Origin: Cercozoa sp. M6MM
Taxonomy: Eukaryota; Protista; Endomyxa: Ascetosporea
Direction: 5' to 3' (one strand)
Length of the DNA stretch: 38,639 nucleotides
Assembly (NCBI GenBank): GCA_040357565.1
Contig: JBDODJ010000107.1
In this document: positions 24,119 to 36,286 of the stretch, piece after piece
Layout of the letters: every line of letters begins with the position of its first letter
How positions within the stretch are numbered: position 1 is the stretch's first letter
The notes under the pieces: model-generated
The model's input: the letters and a program-made list of their open reading frames with translations, nothing else
The model's database searches: none
What the model was told of the DNA's origin: nothing
Position numbers and translations under genes: made by a program

Positions 24119-26618
24119 ATGCCGCCAATGTCGTATGACGACGTCTGGTTCCGTCGGCCTCGGCGCTTCAGGCCGCCTTTCGTGGACCAACTAGAGCGCG
24201 TACTACATCTACCGATCGGTCCTACAGGTAAAATAGGCTTTAAATAAAAATCAGGCTCCGCGCGGATGTGGTTTTTGCAAGTCACCTTGAATAAATCTCA
24301 CAGGGAGCACGGAGCTGCGCGATGTGCGGTTTGACACGCGTGGCGAGATGCTGCTGATGCTTCAAGCAGCGCAACGAGTCGTTTTCGTTGATTTGCTGAC
24401 TCGGACGATTTCGGCAGTTGCTTCGCCCGAAGTTGGAGCAAGCAACAGCGACAAAAGCGAAGGCGGCGAAATATTGCGGATCGCGGCCGGAAGTTCGCGA
24501 GTTTTGCTGCTGCGACGCGAAAACTCGGCGCAAGAAAGCGCAGTCGCGATGATTGACTTGTTCGATGCTTTGCCAGCTTGTCGCTACTCGCTGCAGTTGT
24601 GCGATCTCGTGCACGAGACGAATTCGTCGTCCGACAGCAGTGTAGTGGCAGAGCAAGGTTCCTACGAAGGTCCGCTCTATCCTTCTGTCTCATCGGCGCC
24701 GCTTTGTTCGCCACTTTCGCTGTCGACGTCGCCGATGCAGACCTCACCGGTACTTTCGATGTTTCGCTTGTGCGGTTCTCATGCAGTTGTGAGTGTTGCG
24801 ACAGCGAAGCGAAAGCGACGACAAGTCCACAGTGCCAATGATGCAGTTCCGTCAGCGAGCTAGGTGCATTCTTCCTTCGGGGCTTGCGCAGAAGCTGTTT
24901 GAAACCACGAACGAACGCGAAAACGAAAGTGAAGCGACGTGCGAAATTGAGCTTTCGATGCAGCAACGATTCGCGTTGCTGCGTCGTGGAGCGACGCTGG
25001 CTTTGGCGAGACTGGACGAGGAGACCCACGTCAACACTGAAGAAGCGACTGATGGAAACTCGATCCTGCAGATCGATCTGTCAAGTCACGGGACTTTGTT
25101 CGCTGCAGCATTTGCGCCGACGCCGCGTTGGCACGACGAACGCGAGTCGGTGCATTTGCTTTGTGCGACGAATCGGGCGCTGCTGTCGTGCTGCGTATCG
25201 AGCAGTGTGATGGAAGTGACGTCAATTCGGGTGCTGCACACGCTGCCCAGTTCGGCGGAGCGTGTAGTGTTTGCCGCACCAGCCACCTTCGCTTGGATCG
25301 ACAGTGATGGTGATGTCTGCACTCGCAGCGTGTTCGACGTGTTCCTGTGTCACCTGCATTCCGACAAGGCGCAGCTGAGCACACCGAACCAACGGCAGAC
25401 GCTCACGTGCACCGTCGACGCCAAGATGCGCCACAAGATGCGGCGACTCTTCTTTTCGCAGGCGCAGCTACAGTCGCATCAGATGCATCTCGTGGCACTG
25501 CCGGACGCCACTGGCGTTCTCGTTGTGCGCACTGCTGTGCATGAGGGCATTCACATCCGCGCGGACATGTGGTCACTCAACACTAGGTGTGCAAAGCGAT
25601 GCCGTGCCGACCTCACGATCGGCTCGCTGCCGACAACGTATGTCTTGTGCTGTATGCCATGTGATTGTGATGTAGGTTTGTGGCTGTGTATTTGTGACTG
25701 TATGTTCGTGTGCGTAGAGTGGACTCTGTGGTGAGATTTCACCCGACGAGTGCACTGCTGGCACTGGCACTGCGAGGCGTGTGCCCACAAGGCGTCAAAC
25801 TGGCGCTGCTGCACCGTCGCTCGTCGCCTGAGCGGTTGTTCGTGCCCTACTTTGACGAACTGAGCGACAATCACGTCTATGACGAGCCTGCTGACGAGTT
25901 CGATGCGGTGCTTTACCACTTTCTCCCCTCTCTCTCGCTCCCCTCTCTCTCCCCTTGTTTTTGCTGACTGTACGGTTCCCTTGTAGAAGGACGAAAGGAG
26001 CCAAGAGACGGTCGAAGCAGAGAGTGTCGATATCTTTAGCGACAGCACGCAGGAGGACCTCGTGCGTCTGCTGCAGGAGTGTGACGATGTGCAAGTCTGG
26101 CAGCGTGTCACTTTGCCGCCGACACCAAACGACTCTCTGCGCAAAGCCATCCCAGTGTAACTCTGCCTTTGCTTTCACCTGTCCTGTGTCTACACTGTTC
26201 TTACAATTAGACGCCTCCATGCAACCGGCGTCATACGCGACGAAAAGGCTGCCGAAAGAAGGCGGCGCAGATTGGTAGTCCCTTTTACGCCTGTCTAAAA
26301 CTCACGTGGTCTCGTGGAAACCTCTTTGTGTCTGCACAGTTGCGGAAACAACGACTGGCACAACAGCACCGCGAGATCTTCGAAAAGGCATCGGCAGAAG
26401 CTGTCGCCGCTACCTCTGTTTCGTCTGTTGACCGGCCAGAGCAGGCGACGCCACTCCAGTCCAAACTTGAACAAGATGCCAAGAGGAGGCGAGTCACGCC
26501 TGTCGAAAGTGCTGCCGTCTCTGTCTCGCAGTCCACCAGTTCTGGCAGTGTTGCTTCCGCGCAGTCGCTGCCCGTCGCAGTGCAGATGATGCATGACAGT
26601 ACTAGTACTAACGGTTAA
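24119..26618 (+). CDS. RBBP5: highly divergent RBBP5/Swd1-like COMPASS (H3K4 methyltransferase) WD40 subunit
   Basis: VRFDTRGEMLL....RVVFVDLLTRTI resembles the first RBBP5 WD blade; FVPYFDELSDNHVYDEPADEFD...ESVDI resembles RBBP5 FAPDFKELDENVEYEERESEFD...EEVDV. Confidence 0.75.
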
Positions 26619-26748
26619 TTTGGTTGCGTTGCAATTGATTGCCGTCGGTGCTTAACGTAAGTGGCAATAAGATAAATCGAGTACGGTGAAGAACGTAGGT
26701 GAGCGAGTGAAGGAACGGAGTGAATGAGTCGAGTGCGAGTGCGGTGGT

Positions 26749-28256
26749 TTAGAACTCGTCGCCCTCGAAGTCCTCGCCGTCGTCGGCGGCCTCCTGGGCC
26801 ACCTCCTCGTAGTCCTTCTCCATGGCAGCGAGGTCCTCGCGAGCCTCGGAGAACTCGCCTTCCTCCATACCCTCACCGACGTACCAGTGCACAAAGGCAC
26901 GCTTGGCGTACATGAGGTCGAACTTGTGGTCCATGCGGCCCATGACCTCGGCGACGGCCGTGGTGTTGGAGATCATGAGGACCGAGCGCTGCACCTTGGC
27001 GAGGTCGCCACCTGGCACCACCGTGGGCGGCTGGTAGTTGATGCCGACCTTGAAGCCGGTCGGGCACCAGTCGACGAAGCGAATCGTGCGCTTCTGCTTG
27101 ACGGCAGCGATGGCGGCGTTGACGTCCTTGGGCACGACGTCACCGCGGTACATCATGCAGCACGCCATGTACTTGCCGTGACGCGGGTCGCACTTGACCA
27201 TCTGGTTGGCCGGCTCGAACACGGCGTTGGTGATCTCATTGACGCTGAGTTGCTCGTGGTACGCCACCTCGGCCGAGATCACGGGCGCGAAGGCGCACAG
27301 CGGGAAGTGGATGCGCGGGTACGGCACCAGGTTGGTCTGGAACTCGGTCAGATCGACGTTGAGCGCGCCGTCAAAGCGCAGCGACGCTGTCACCGACGAG
27401 ATGCACTGTGAGCAGTCAACAGTCAATGAATGACAGTCAAGGTAAACGAAGCCGAAGCCGAGAGAGGAATACCTGAGCAATCAGACGGTTGAGGTTGGTG
27501 TAGGTCGGACGTTCAACACCGAGGTTGCGACGGCAGATGTCGTACAGAGCCTCGTTGTCGACCATGAAGGCAACGTCGGAGTGCTCCATCATCGAGTGCG
27601 CGCACAGTACCGAGTTGTACGGCTCGACTACGGCCGTCGAGATCTGCGGCGACGGGTAGATGGCGAACTCGACCTTGGTTTTGCGGCCGTAGTCGACGCT
27701 GAGACGCTCCAGCAGCAGCGAGCCGAAACCCGAGCCGGTACCTCCGCCGAAGGAGTGGAAGATCATGAAGCCTTGCAGACCCGTGCAGTTGTCGGCGAGC
27801 TTGCGGATGCGGTCCAGCACGAGGTCGATCACCTCCTTGCCGATCGTGTAGTGGCCGCGAGCATAGTTGTTGGCGGCATCCTCCTTGCCCGAGATGAGTT
27901 GCTCCGGGTGGAACAACTGACGGTACGTGCCGGTGCGCACCTCATCGATCACAGTGGGCTCCAGATCCACAAACACCGTGCGCGGCACGTGTTTGCCGGC
28001 ACCTGTCTCGGAGAAGAACGTGTTGAACGAGTCATCACCGCCTCCGATCGTCTTGTCCGACGGCATCTGGCCGTCCGGTTGGATGCCATGCTGCAAATTA
28101 AAACTCGGTTTCTTTTAGCTCTTTTAACAATACGTGCTTTGAGCAATAGGAGAAACCCTGGTACAAAGCACGTACCTCAAGGCAGAAGAGCTCCCAGCAA
28201 GCGTTACCGGTCTGGACACCGGCTTGGCCGATATGAATTGTCAAGCACTCACGCAT
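26749..28256 (-). CDS. TUA: alpha-tubulin (exons 28256-28176, 28090-27473, 27405-26749)
   Basis: [36 protein letters not shown]; two GT-AG introns. Confidence 0.99.
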
Positions 28257-28772
28257 TGTCGAGTTGGAGGAAGTCTAGAAACTTGTAACAGGCTTGGGAA
28301 TGAGCTGGTCTATGGCTTTCGGTCAAGATGTGCTGGTGGTTTAAGAACCAGTGAATCAAGACTACTGTCTACATTATGCAAGGCAAGTAAAGAGCTGCAA
28401 AGAGACGCAAACGACAGAAAAAGTCCAAGCATCGCAAACACCCACTGATCGGGGATTGCAAAAGCCTCTGCACCCCAATGGGAGGTGCAAAAAGGTTGAT
28501 ACCAGGTTTTAAGGCGAGTAAAACACACAAAAGCCGACAGTTGAGGAAAGCGATATGAAGAGATTCTTCTGGAAGAAACTCTGCACTAAACGCGCGGATA
28601 CCTGGTGAGAAATACGAGCAAAAAACCAAAAAGAAATAGAATTTACAAAAATCCGGAAGGAAAATACCAAAATTGACCATTTTCGGTTTTCGCTTTGTTC
28701 TGCTTAGAGGTCCGTGCCCGTATCGTGAGTTCTCCTGTCTGCGTCCACATATCCACTGCCAATACTAGACTT

Positions 28773-30414
28773 ATGCGAGTGTCGCAGTACTGTCAACATC
28801 AGTCAGTTTCAGTCAGTTTCCCTCAGCCAACCGCGCGGATTTAAACTTTGACCACACAGACCGGACTGCGGACCTCTGACCCTGCAAGCAACAGTAGCTT
28901 TTTACGTACCGTGTGCACCTGCTGAAGTTGGAGGAAAGGTTAGCCGTCCGAGTCTGGATGTCGGCCAGCGATTCGGAGCTGGAAGAACTAGAAAAATGGG
29001 TCAACGAAGACATATTTGATATTTTCCAGCGCAAACGAAGTATCACTTCCGAAACTAGCGCTCAATCATTGAAACTCCTTGACGTACCAGAAGAAGTTCA
29101 CAGCGTACGTTCTTAAACCCCATCTTGCCATTCCTGCCGTGGCGTTGTGACTGTGGGTTCTGTATGTAATTTAATATAAGTTAAATTTAGCTGGTGGAAT
29201 CTCCAGGGCACAGTCCCCGTTCACGCTATGACGCAACATTTTTCGACACAGATCGCGGCTATGATCGTAAAGGGCTTTTACATGCTTTGGTCGCTGTTTT
29301 CACAAGCGGAGCGAGCGCGCAGCTTCCCTTTGCTACGTCTTCCTTTATTCAGCCACTGCTCCACCGAAAGGCGAAGTAGCGATACACGAAATGACAAGGC
29401 GCGACGATCATGCTAAAGACCATGGGTACCGCCTTAGCTGTCTTTGCTCCCAGTTTTAGTGCAAACTGTGTCCAGAAAAACAGGGGTTGCGATGTCACAG
29501 CTCAAGGTTGGCTTTACTCAGCTTCAGCGAAGGCTACGCCGAAGCGACTCTGCTACTGCTCAAGTGCCAGCACGAAGCACACGCAGCGATAGATCGCCTG
29601 AGACTAGTACTGGCATTAAACGAGCCGAAGGCAAACCAGGATCCCTCCACATTGATCCACTGACGCCTGAAGTAAGATCACTTCTTGTTTACATTCGATG
29701 CAGGCAGGAGATGGTATCTACCCCGCTCAGTAACCAACTATCTTGTCTTCCCCTCAGAGCTACCGGTGGATTCCTGATGCGAAAGTCAAGGTAAACTACG
29801 CAAACGCAGCTTGATATGAAAGCCGTTGTGTTTTCACTGGATTTCCCGTGACACCAGAAGTGTCAAGTCTGTGACAACGTGCTCTCAAGGAAACGTATGT
29901 CTTTCACAGTATCCCGGGGGCGGTTCGGGCTAACAGTTTGTTCAGTTGTGTCATAAATACTGATAACTTGAACATGATTGAGTAATTTTTGTAGACCACT
30001 GTCGCGCATGCGGCAGTGTGATGTGTTCGAGGTGGTAAATTCTATGACGATTGTATAATCATCACTTTGTTTACAACCACACCTTATCCCCGCCCCTTCG
30101 TACCCGAGACCCCCAGATTGTCCTGTCCTTTTACTCCTCACTCCCGCCTCTTTCCCAGCCTTGTTATTATTTTTTATTAGCGGAGACTTCAGCGAACGCT
30201 TTCGCGACGGAAGGGCTCATCGAGTCTGCATTAAGGTGCATACAATTTAGATGTTGTAGCCAGTAAGCATTTGCGACCTGATGCGCAGTGCTCACTCATA
30301 GACCCACTGCAGAAGCTAGAAATTTTGAGCGGAAGCCAGATCTTCGCGACCTCATCCGAGGTGAGCGCCTCAAGCATAAGCAGGTCGGGCTCTTCGCAGA
30401 TTCACCGACGATAG
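28773..30414 (+). CDS. FYVE zinc-finger protein (N-terminal region possibly PX-like)
   Basis: Spliced WIPDAKVKKCQVCDNVLSRKHHCRACGSVMCSRC...HRVCIKC has the WxxD, RKHHCR and RVC motifs; 5' exons uncertain. Confidence 0.8.
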
Positions 30415-30566
30415 ATCACGATAGTTTTGAGGGAGGACCACTAGCGGTACCCATATTACTTCAAAGTCAGTTCAGAATATAGATCAACCATTAAACTCGA
30501 CTTAAAACGAGAACGCTGGGACTGAGTCATCTTTTGGGCTTTTTGGAATCACTCCGATAGGCCGAT

Positions 30567-30650
30567 AGCTGCTAAACCAAAGCTGGTGTTTTCGTATCAT
30601 CTGAACTGGTGTTTTCGTATCATCTGTTGCCGAGCTGCTAAACCAAAGCT
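30567..30650. repeat. A-B-B-A arrangement of short direct repeats
   Basis: AGCTGCTAAACCAAAGCT at 30567 and 30633; CTGGTGTTTTCGTATCATCTG at 30583 and 30606. Confidence 0.9.
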
Positions 30651-30991
30651 CCACCAGTTCAAAATACATCTGCCCCTTCCCAAGCTCAGGGTGGGTACCT
30701 TTTGCAACTGTCACCATTTGCAAGATTTGATCGAGTGTCACCGCCCTGTACCGTCAGTCAGTTGATCGCTTGATTGCTCGAATGTAACGACAAAGATTCT
30801 CGGGTCATTTCAGTTTCAACCATCAACGTCGAAGTGGAGTTTACGTGTATTGTTAGGTATCGAGTGACCATTCCCATGGAAATGCGCGCACGGTTGCGTG
30901 CAAAAACACAGTGTGCGGGCTCGATTTTCCTTTTTGCTATTTTCCTTGGTGAAAAATGTAGCAGTACAAAAAACGCGAGTACCGAAAGAAA

Positions 30992-32053
30992 ATGTCCTTG
31001 GCACCTTCACGCACGAATTCGGTGCCGCTGCTCCAGGCGGTTCATCGCGCGCCCCCGCTGCGTCGAGGCGTGTCGGCGATGCGTGTGCAAGTGCCACAGC
31101 GCCGCTTGATGACGCTGGCAGACCACGAGCGACAGATCGAGTTCGAGCGGCAGAACCACGTGTTGTTGCCGAACGAAATGGCACTGACAGGCACGCACTT
31201 CACGAGTGACAACTACCTGAGTCACCAGTTGTCGCCTCAGTTTCACCACCACGGCGGCGAGAGTGGTTCAGCCACTGCGCGCGACTATGACTTCTTCGGT
31301 CTCAATCGCGACCTTCACACGGACGTGTCCGAGTCACAATTTGCTGGTTTCGGACAGGAGGCACCGCCACACTTCAGTCAAGCCCAGCAACAGAGCTCGT
31401 TCGACCTGGGCGAGATGAACACTGGCTTGGACGCGGTCCGTGACGAGCAGGAACGCTTCCGCATCGCATGTGATCTCGCTCACCAGTTTTGCCGCTTTTG
31501 CTTCACTCGTGGTACCGCTCCGTCTTTCTTTTCATGTATAGGTCTGATTTGATCCACCACAATGCTTCCCAGGGTGCAACGGCATCTGCGTCAACCACAT
31601 GAATCTCATCGATGCCGCAGCTGCAATCTTCTTTTTTCAAAGGTACAGCTTTTGTAGAATTGACACTTATAATACAGTTTGTACCTGCAGTATGGCTCAC
31701 CACATCGCACCCGATGGGCAAGGAATAGAGGCAACGCCGGCAGCGCCGCCCGTGGTGGTACCGCCTTTCGTGTCAGCACCTGCACCTGCGGCTCGCAAGA
31801 AGCGCCGACGTCGACGTGTTCGCGATGAGGACAGCGACGAGGAGTTCGTGCTACCCACTCTGCGCCGACGTCCGCGCGGAAGTGTGACCGGAAAAGGAAA
31901 AGCACCGCGTCGTTCAGGTGGTGACACCGCACTGACTGAAGCAGGAGGAGAGGTGCCAAAGAAGAAGAAGCGTCGCACCAAGGCGCCGTCCACCAAGAAG
32001 ACGTACGTGGCACCGCCAATGTCGCCCACTCTCATTGGTACCTCTTCGTTTGG

Positions 32054-32105
<52 letters not shown>

Positions 32106-32830
32106 CCACCATCGCTATAAGTTCGACTAACTGGCAGAGTGGGCCAAGAGTGACAAAGCACGTGCTCTCATCGACTTTGACGTTGTGCCTGAGCGCAACC
32201 GAGGCGGCAATATCCACATTGAGCCACGTGCCGCACTTCTAGTAACTAATGCCCTTGGTTACAACATTAAAGAACTTTCCCTGAGTTTACTGTGCCCTTG
32301 TTTTTTTGTACAGAAGGCGTTTCGAAATGGCGCGCTACTGCAACCGGCGGTGCGACTGCTGCTGGACCGCAAGGTATCACCCAAGATCACCTTCGAAGTT
32401 AAGCCGGCTTTTCGTTTCCCTGCCACATGCAAGCGCGGCCGCGAAGGCTATGCAGCTGTACCCTCTTGCTTCCTCTCCCTTCTCTGCCAGGGTGATATGC
32501 TCGATTTCGGCAGTACTACGAGTCGTTTGGCCTGCGCAACAATGCACAACATCGCATCTACCATACTTGGCGAATTCGTTGCGTCGAGGAGGTTAACTCG
32601 CTGAGACGCGCTTTGCATCGCTTTTACAAGGAAGCAGGTACCATCGCTTTTTAGTTGCAGCTGTTCTTCGAATATCTCACACATTGCCAACTCTCACCGG
32701 TTGTGTCGTAGGTGAAGCTCCGGAACCGCTGCTCAAGGAGGATGCAGAACAAGCCACGCAGGCAGAGTCGATGATGTCGCCATGCGCAGGGCGGGGCAAA
32801 GCTATCAGCAAGCTTCTGCCGTCGGACTGA
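30992..32830 (+). CDS. hypothetical nuclear protein (Cys/His cluster, basic NLS-like tracts)
   Basis: Consistent GT-AG spliced frame; CRFCFTRGCNGICVNH, RKKRRRRR, PKKKKRR. Confidence 0.65.
32057..32103. repeat. (TC)n microsatellite in an intron
   Basis: direct observation. Confidence 0.95.
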
Positions 32831-33107
32831 ACCTGTTTCTTGGGAGCGGGAGCTTGTCACTCCGGATCCAAAAACGGTTGTCTCATGCCACATTGTTCAA
32901 GTCAGTTTTTCGATTTCAGATTAGCCAGCGTTGCTCTAATTTAGTTGTATTCTGAAGCGATCATGGCAATTGCCGTGCCAGCGCACGTGAACTGAGTAAA
33001 GGAAATATCCAGCTGACTTTCGGTATATGTGTCGAAGCGTCAAGAAGGCTCAATCATAATGGTTTAACTTAAGTGAAAACGTGCTACCTTGTCTACCAAT
33101 CGGCCAT

Positions 33108-33132
33108 TTAAGAGTGTCGACTGTACATACAA

Positions 33133-33189
<57 letters not shown>

Positions 33190-33290
33190 NNNNNNNNNNN
33201 NNNNNNNNNNNNNNNNNNNNNNNNNNNNNNNNNNNNNNNNNNNNNNNNNNNNNNNNNNNNNNNNNNNNNNNNNNNNNNNNNNNNNNNNNC

Positions 33291-33347
<57 letters not shown>

Positions 33348-33731
33348 AAAATATACCGATTTTGCACGATTCTAATTCCCCAGACGATGGACCATATCCA
33401 ACCAATGATAAGCCACGCAGTTAAAAGCTGCACGATGCCCGCGACCCATGTCGAAGTGTCGCAGTCGGCGATGATGCCTATAGTATCGATGTAGTACGGT
33501 TTAAATATTATAGTAGAACAAGCTCTCCAGGTTACCGGCAAGAATGGAGCCGACCCCCGGGAAGAAAATGTTGAGGATCACTACAACAAATCATACAGAG
33601 TGCTAGTAACTTGTCCATTTGCATTCAACCCGTACAGCCAAGTACTAGTGCGCAAACGTACGACAAAACCAGGCAGCGCAACTCCCGATCGAAGGTACGC
33701 GCAGGTTCTTCCAGTCGTTAATAATTCCCAT
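33108..33731 (-). CDS. small SPEC3/Stum-family membrane protein
   Basis: AWFCLILNIFFPGVGSILAG...GIVQLLTAWLIIGWIWSIVWG is the SPEC3/Stum signature. Confidence 0.85.
33134..33344. repeat. (TG)n microsatellite spanning a 100-N assembly gap (33190-33289)
   Basis: direct observation. Confidence 0.95.
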
Positions 33732-34428
33732 TTCGACGTGACGGTGCTTTTTCTCTTGGACAATCGCACTGAAAGCACGGGAATCAAGAATCAACAGCGA
33801 AGCGAAGTAATGCACTAAATTATGCGTCTGAACGTGCTTCAAGGCTTCAAATGGCAGGTTTAGTCTCAACTGGCAACTCAACTCCGAGTAGGATTGAGTT
33901 CGGACCGGGAGAACCGAGTCTCCGACCAATTCAACTAAACGTGCGCAAATATGTATCAAACTATATACTTGGCGATCGGAGATCCCCTGCTATCGGGGGG
34001 AGGAGAGTGAGGTGCAAGTTGTGAGGGACAGATTCGTCCAGAATAACAATCTAAGGTGGGACATTAAGAAAGCCTGTCCTGTAGAATGAGCCTGCCAGTC
34101 GAGTCGGCAAAAGAGAAAACCTCATCTACTTGGCATCAGCTGGTCAGTTGCTTTGCAGTTTGTACGTACTCGACTGATATCCACCTCTACAAGTACCGTC
34201 ACGTCGCTTCGTCTATTTGACGACTTACTTCTTTTATTTAGTTCTTTTCAACTGACATCCGTCAGCAACAATAGTTAGAACCACTCAACTCACTCACAGA
34301 GCGGACAGGAGTCCGAAGCAAACGCGACGCACGATGATGTTCGCGTGGCGTGAACTGCCATGCGCTGGACCGAATGAAACGCGTCGACTTCTCACTGTCC
34401 GCGCCTCAAATGCTCAGTTCGGTTCGGT

Positions 34429-35977
34429 TCAGTTCATCAAGTCTAGCTGTCGGATCGCCAGATACTGATCCGGAAGTTCCTGGAGTGGCACAATCAAACA
34501 AAATGACTGATTCGACACACGGGCCGGACTCGTAGGCGAGTGAGAGAAAAGGTCGGAGGGTACTTGCAAAGCAGCGACGGCAAAGTCGCGTTTCTGTCGC
34601 TCCCCCAGCGACAGCTCGCTACGCTTCCCGTGTTTCCGCTGCGCTTGTTGCATGACTTGGTGGAAATTGACGAACTGAAAGTTGTCTACGCAGAGGAACA
34701 CAAACACAAATACAAACACACTATATATATATATATATTATATATAGGTATAGATTGCACAGACCAAATCGCCTGGCAGGCAGTTCATCGTCAAAGGTTT
34801 CCATCGTGTCCCAAGGTCCATCACCGACACCGACCTATTCCCAGATAGAGTGAGAACACAGTGTGTGACATATATAGAATAGGTATGTCTAGGAGGACCA
34901 TAACAATGCTGAGAGGAAAGTTGGAGGCCTCCACGATGGCGTCGGCCGTCTCCTTGGGATTGGTGACCTGTCCATCGGCCACAATGAGTAGCACGTGGTA
35001 CTGCGCACTCTCGCGAACTATCTCGACCGCGCGGCGAATCAGCGGCGCGAACGACGTCGGTCCGGCCAGTCGCACCGACGGCGTCACCAGCGTGTACTTG
35101 CTCAGCACGTCATCCAGTCCGAAACACACGCCGTCTTGACGAGCTACAGGGACCCAGCAGGGGAGGGGGTAAAGTGGCACGACCGGTGAAAGGGCCAGTT
35201 GTACCAGGATTCACACTGAACACGGCGCGATCGCCCGTGGTCACATCGCCGAAACCGAACTACATATACCACGTATCAAGTGAGACCATACATGGCGCAA
35301 GTTTGGTACCACTGGGATCTCACCATCGTCATCAAACGACGCCAAGGTCTCGCCGATCTGGACCAAGTGTGAAAGCTCCAACAAAGAATGAATGCAGGGG
35401 TAAACAAAAGGTACGATGCGAATGACCCGCTGGTATGGGTTCAGCATGCGACCGGAACCGTCGATGTGATGCAGACACCGTCCGGCAAAGCTACGCTTGC
35501 CCTAAAGTAGCAACACACATCAAAATGTACACAGACACAGACACAGACACAGACACAGACACAGACAAAGTACAGTCCATTCGTTCGACTTGGTGTAGTC
35601 AATGCCGATCAAAAGATTGCTCGACTCCAGTCCGGCCTGTGTGAGCACGTGCCAAACATTACCGAACGGGGGAAGGGAGGTAAAAGACAAAAAGGATACA
35701 CACCTCACGAAGTGCATCAGTCACGTCGCTGAGCGACTTGAATTTATCGGCGATCCGCGTGAAGCGTCCCTTCTTGCTCTTTGGTGAGGCGGTTTTGTGA
35801 ATGACGATTATCACCGTCATCAACAGCACCAAAGCGACCAAGATCTCGCTGTAAATGGCACCACGGTGTTTGATCGGATCCCAGTTGCATCAAAAACATG
35901 TGCTACCCGGATTCGGCATTTTCCAACCATTCTTTCGCTTGATCGAGCAGTCTCAATGCCCGATCGAGCAGTTTCAT
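34429..35977 (-). CDS. copine/RGLG-type vWA protein with N-terminal transmembrane anchor and no RING domain
   Basis: AGLESSNLLIGIDYTKSNEWTGKRSF, NPYQRVI, FDDDGEIPVFGFGD, LAGPTSFAP, YHVLLIVADGQV, VGVGDGPWD, RRFDNFQFVNF, ALQELPDQY...LMN*. Confidence 0.9.
35529..35567. repeat. (ACACAG)n hexamer repeat in an intron
   Basis: direct observation. Confidence 0.9.
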
Positions 35978-36286
35978 CTTTCAATGGTTCTAAAGCACCT
36001 AGTTGACACACGTACACTCCTTCACATGTACTGTGACGTCACTCTGACGACTGGCTACATGCACATGCCGTTCTTCAGTCTTTCTCTCGCTCACCATGAG
36101 TCGCTATCTGTGAAACTCTGGCACTAAATTGGATATAAAATGTTTTGTAAATGAATTTACCGTCCTTAAAATCGTTCCACAGTACTGTACGGATAATGGA
36201 TCTTCTGCCCCCTTAAAAAACAAGAACTCGCTTGAAATCTCCATCGTGTAAGCGCACTCAACTGTGCTCTATTGTTAGTCCGCGCC

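Noticed and set aside
26887-28288. Long plus-strand ORFs overlapping tubulin, and VCVC/HTHT/ERER ORFs elsewhere
   Set aside because: Antisense shadows of biased codon usage and translations of microsatellites
29245-29270. DRGYD as a DDE transposase motif
   Set aside because: It lies within an exon of the FYVE gene, with no other transposase features or TIRs
29708-29713. 6-nt microexon (and a 7-nt one at 32631-32637)
   Set aside because: The upstream candidate intron reads through in frame with plausible protein sequence
30567-30650. CRISPR-like array
   Set aside because: Only two copies of each unit, no regular spacers, eukaryotic context
33850-34135. RNase P, U1, U3 or U11 RNA
   Set aside because: Only fragmentary motif resemblance; spacing is too short and key boxes or the Sm site are absent
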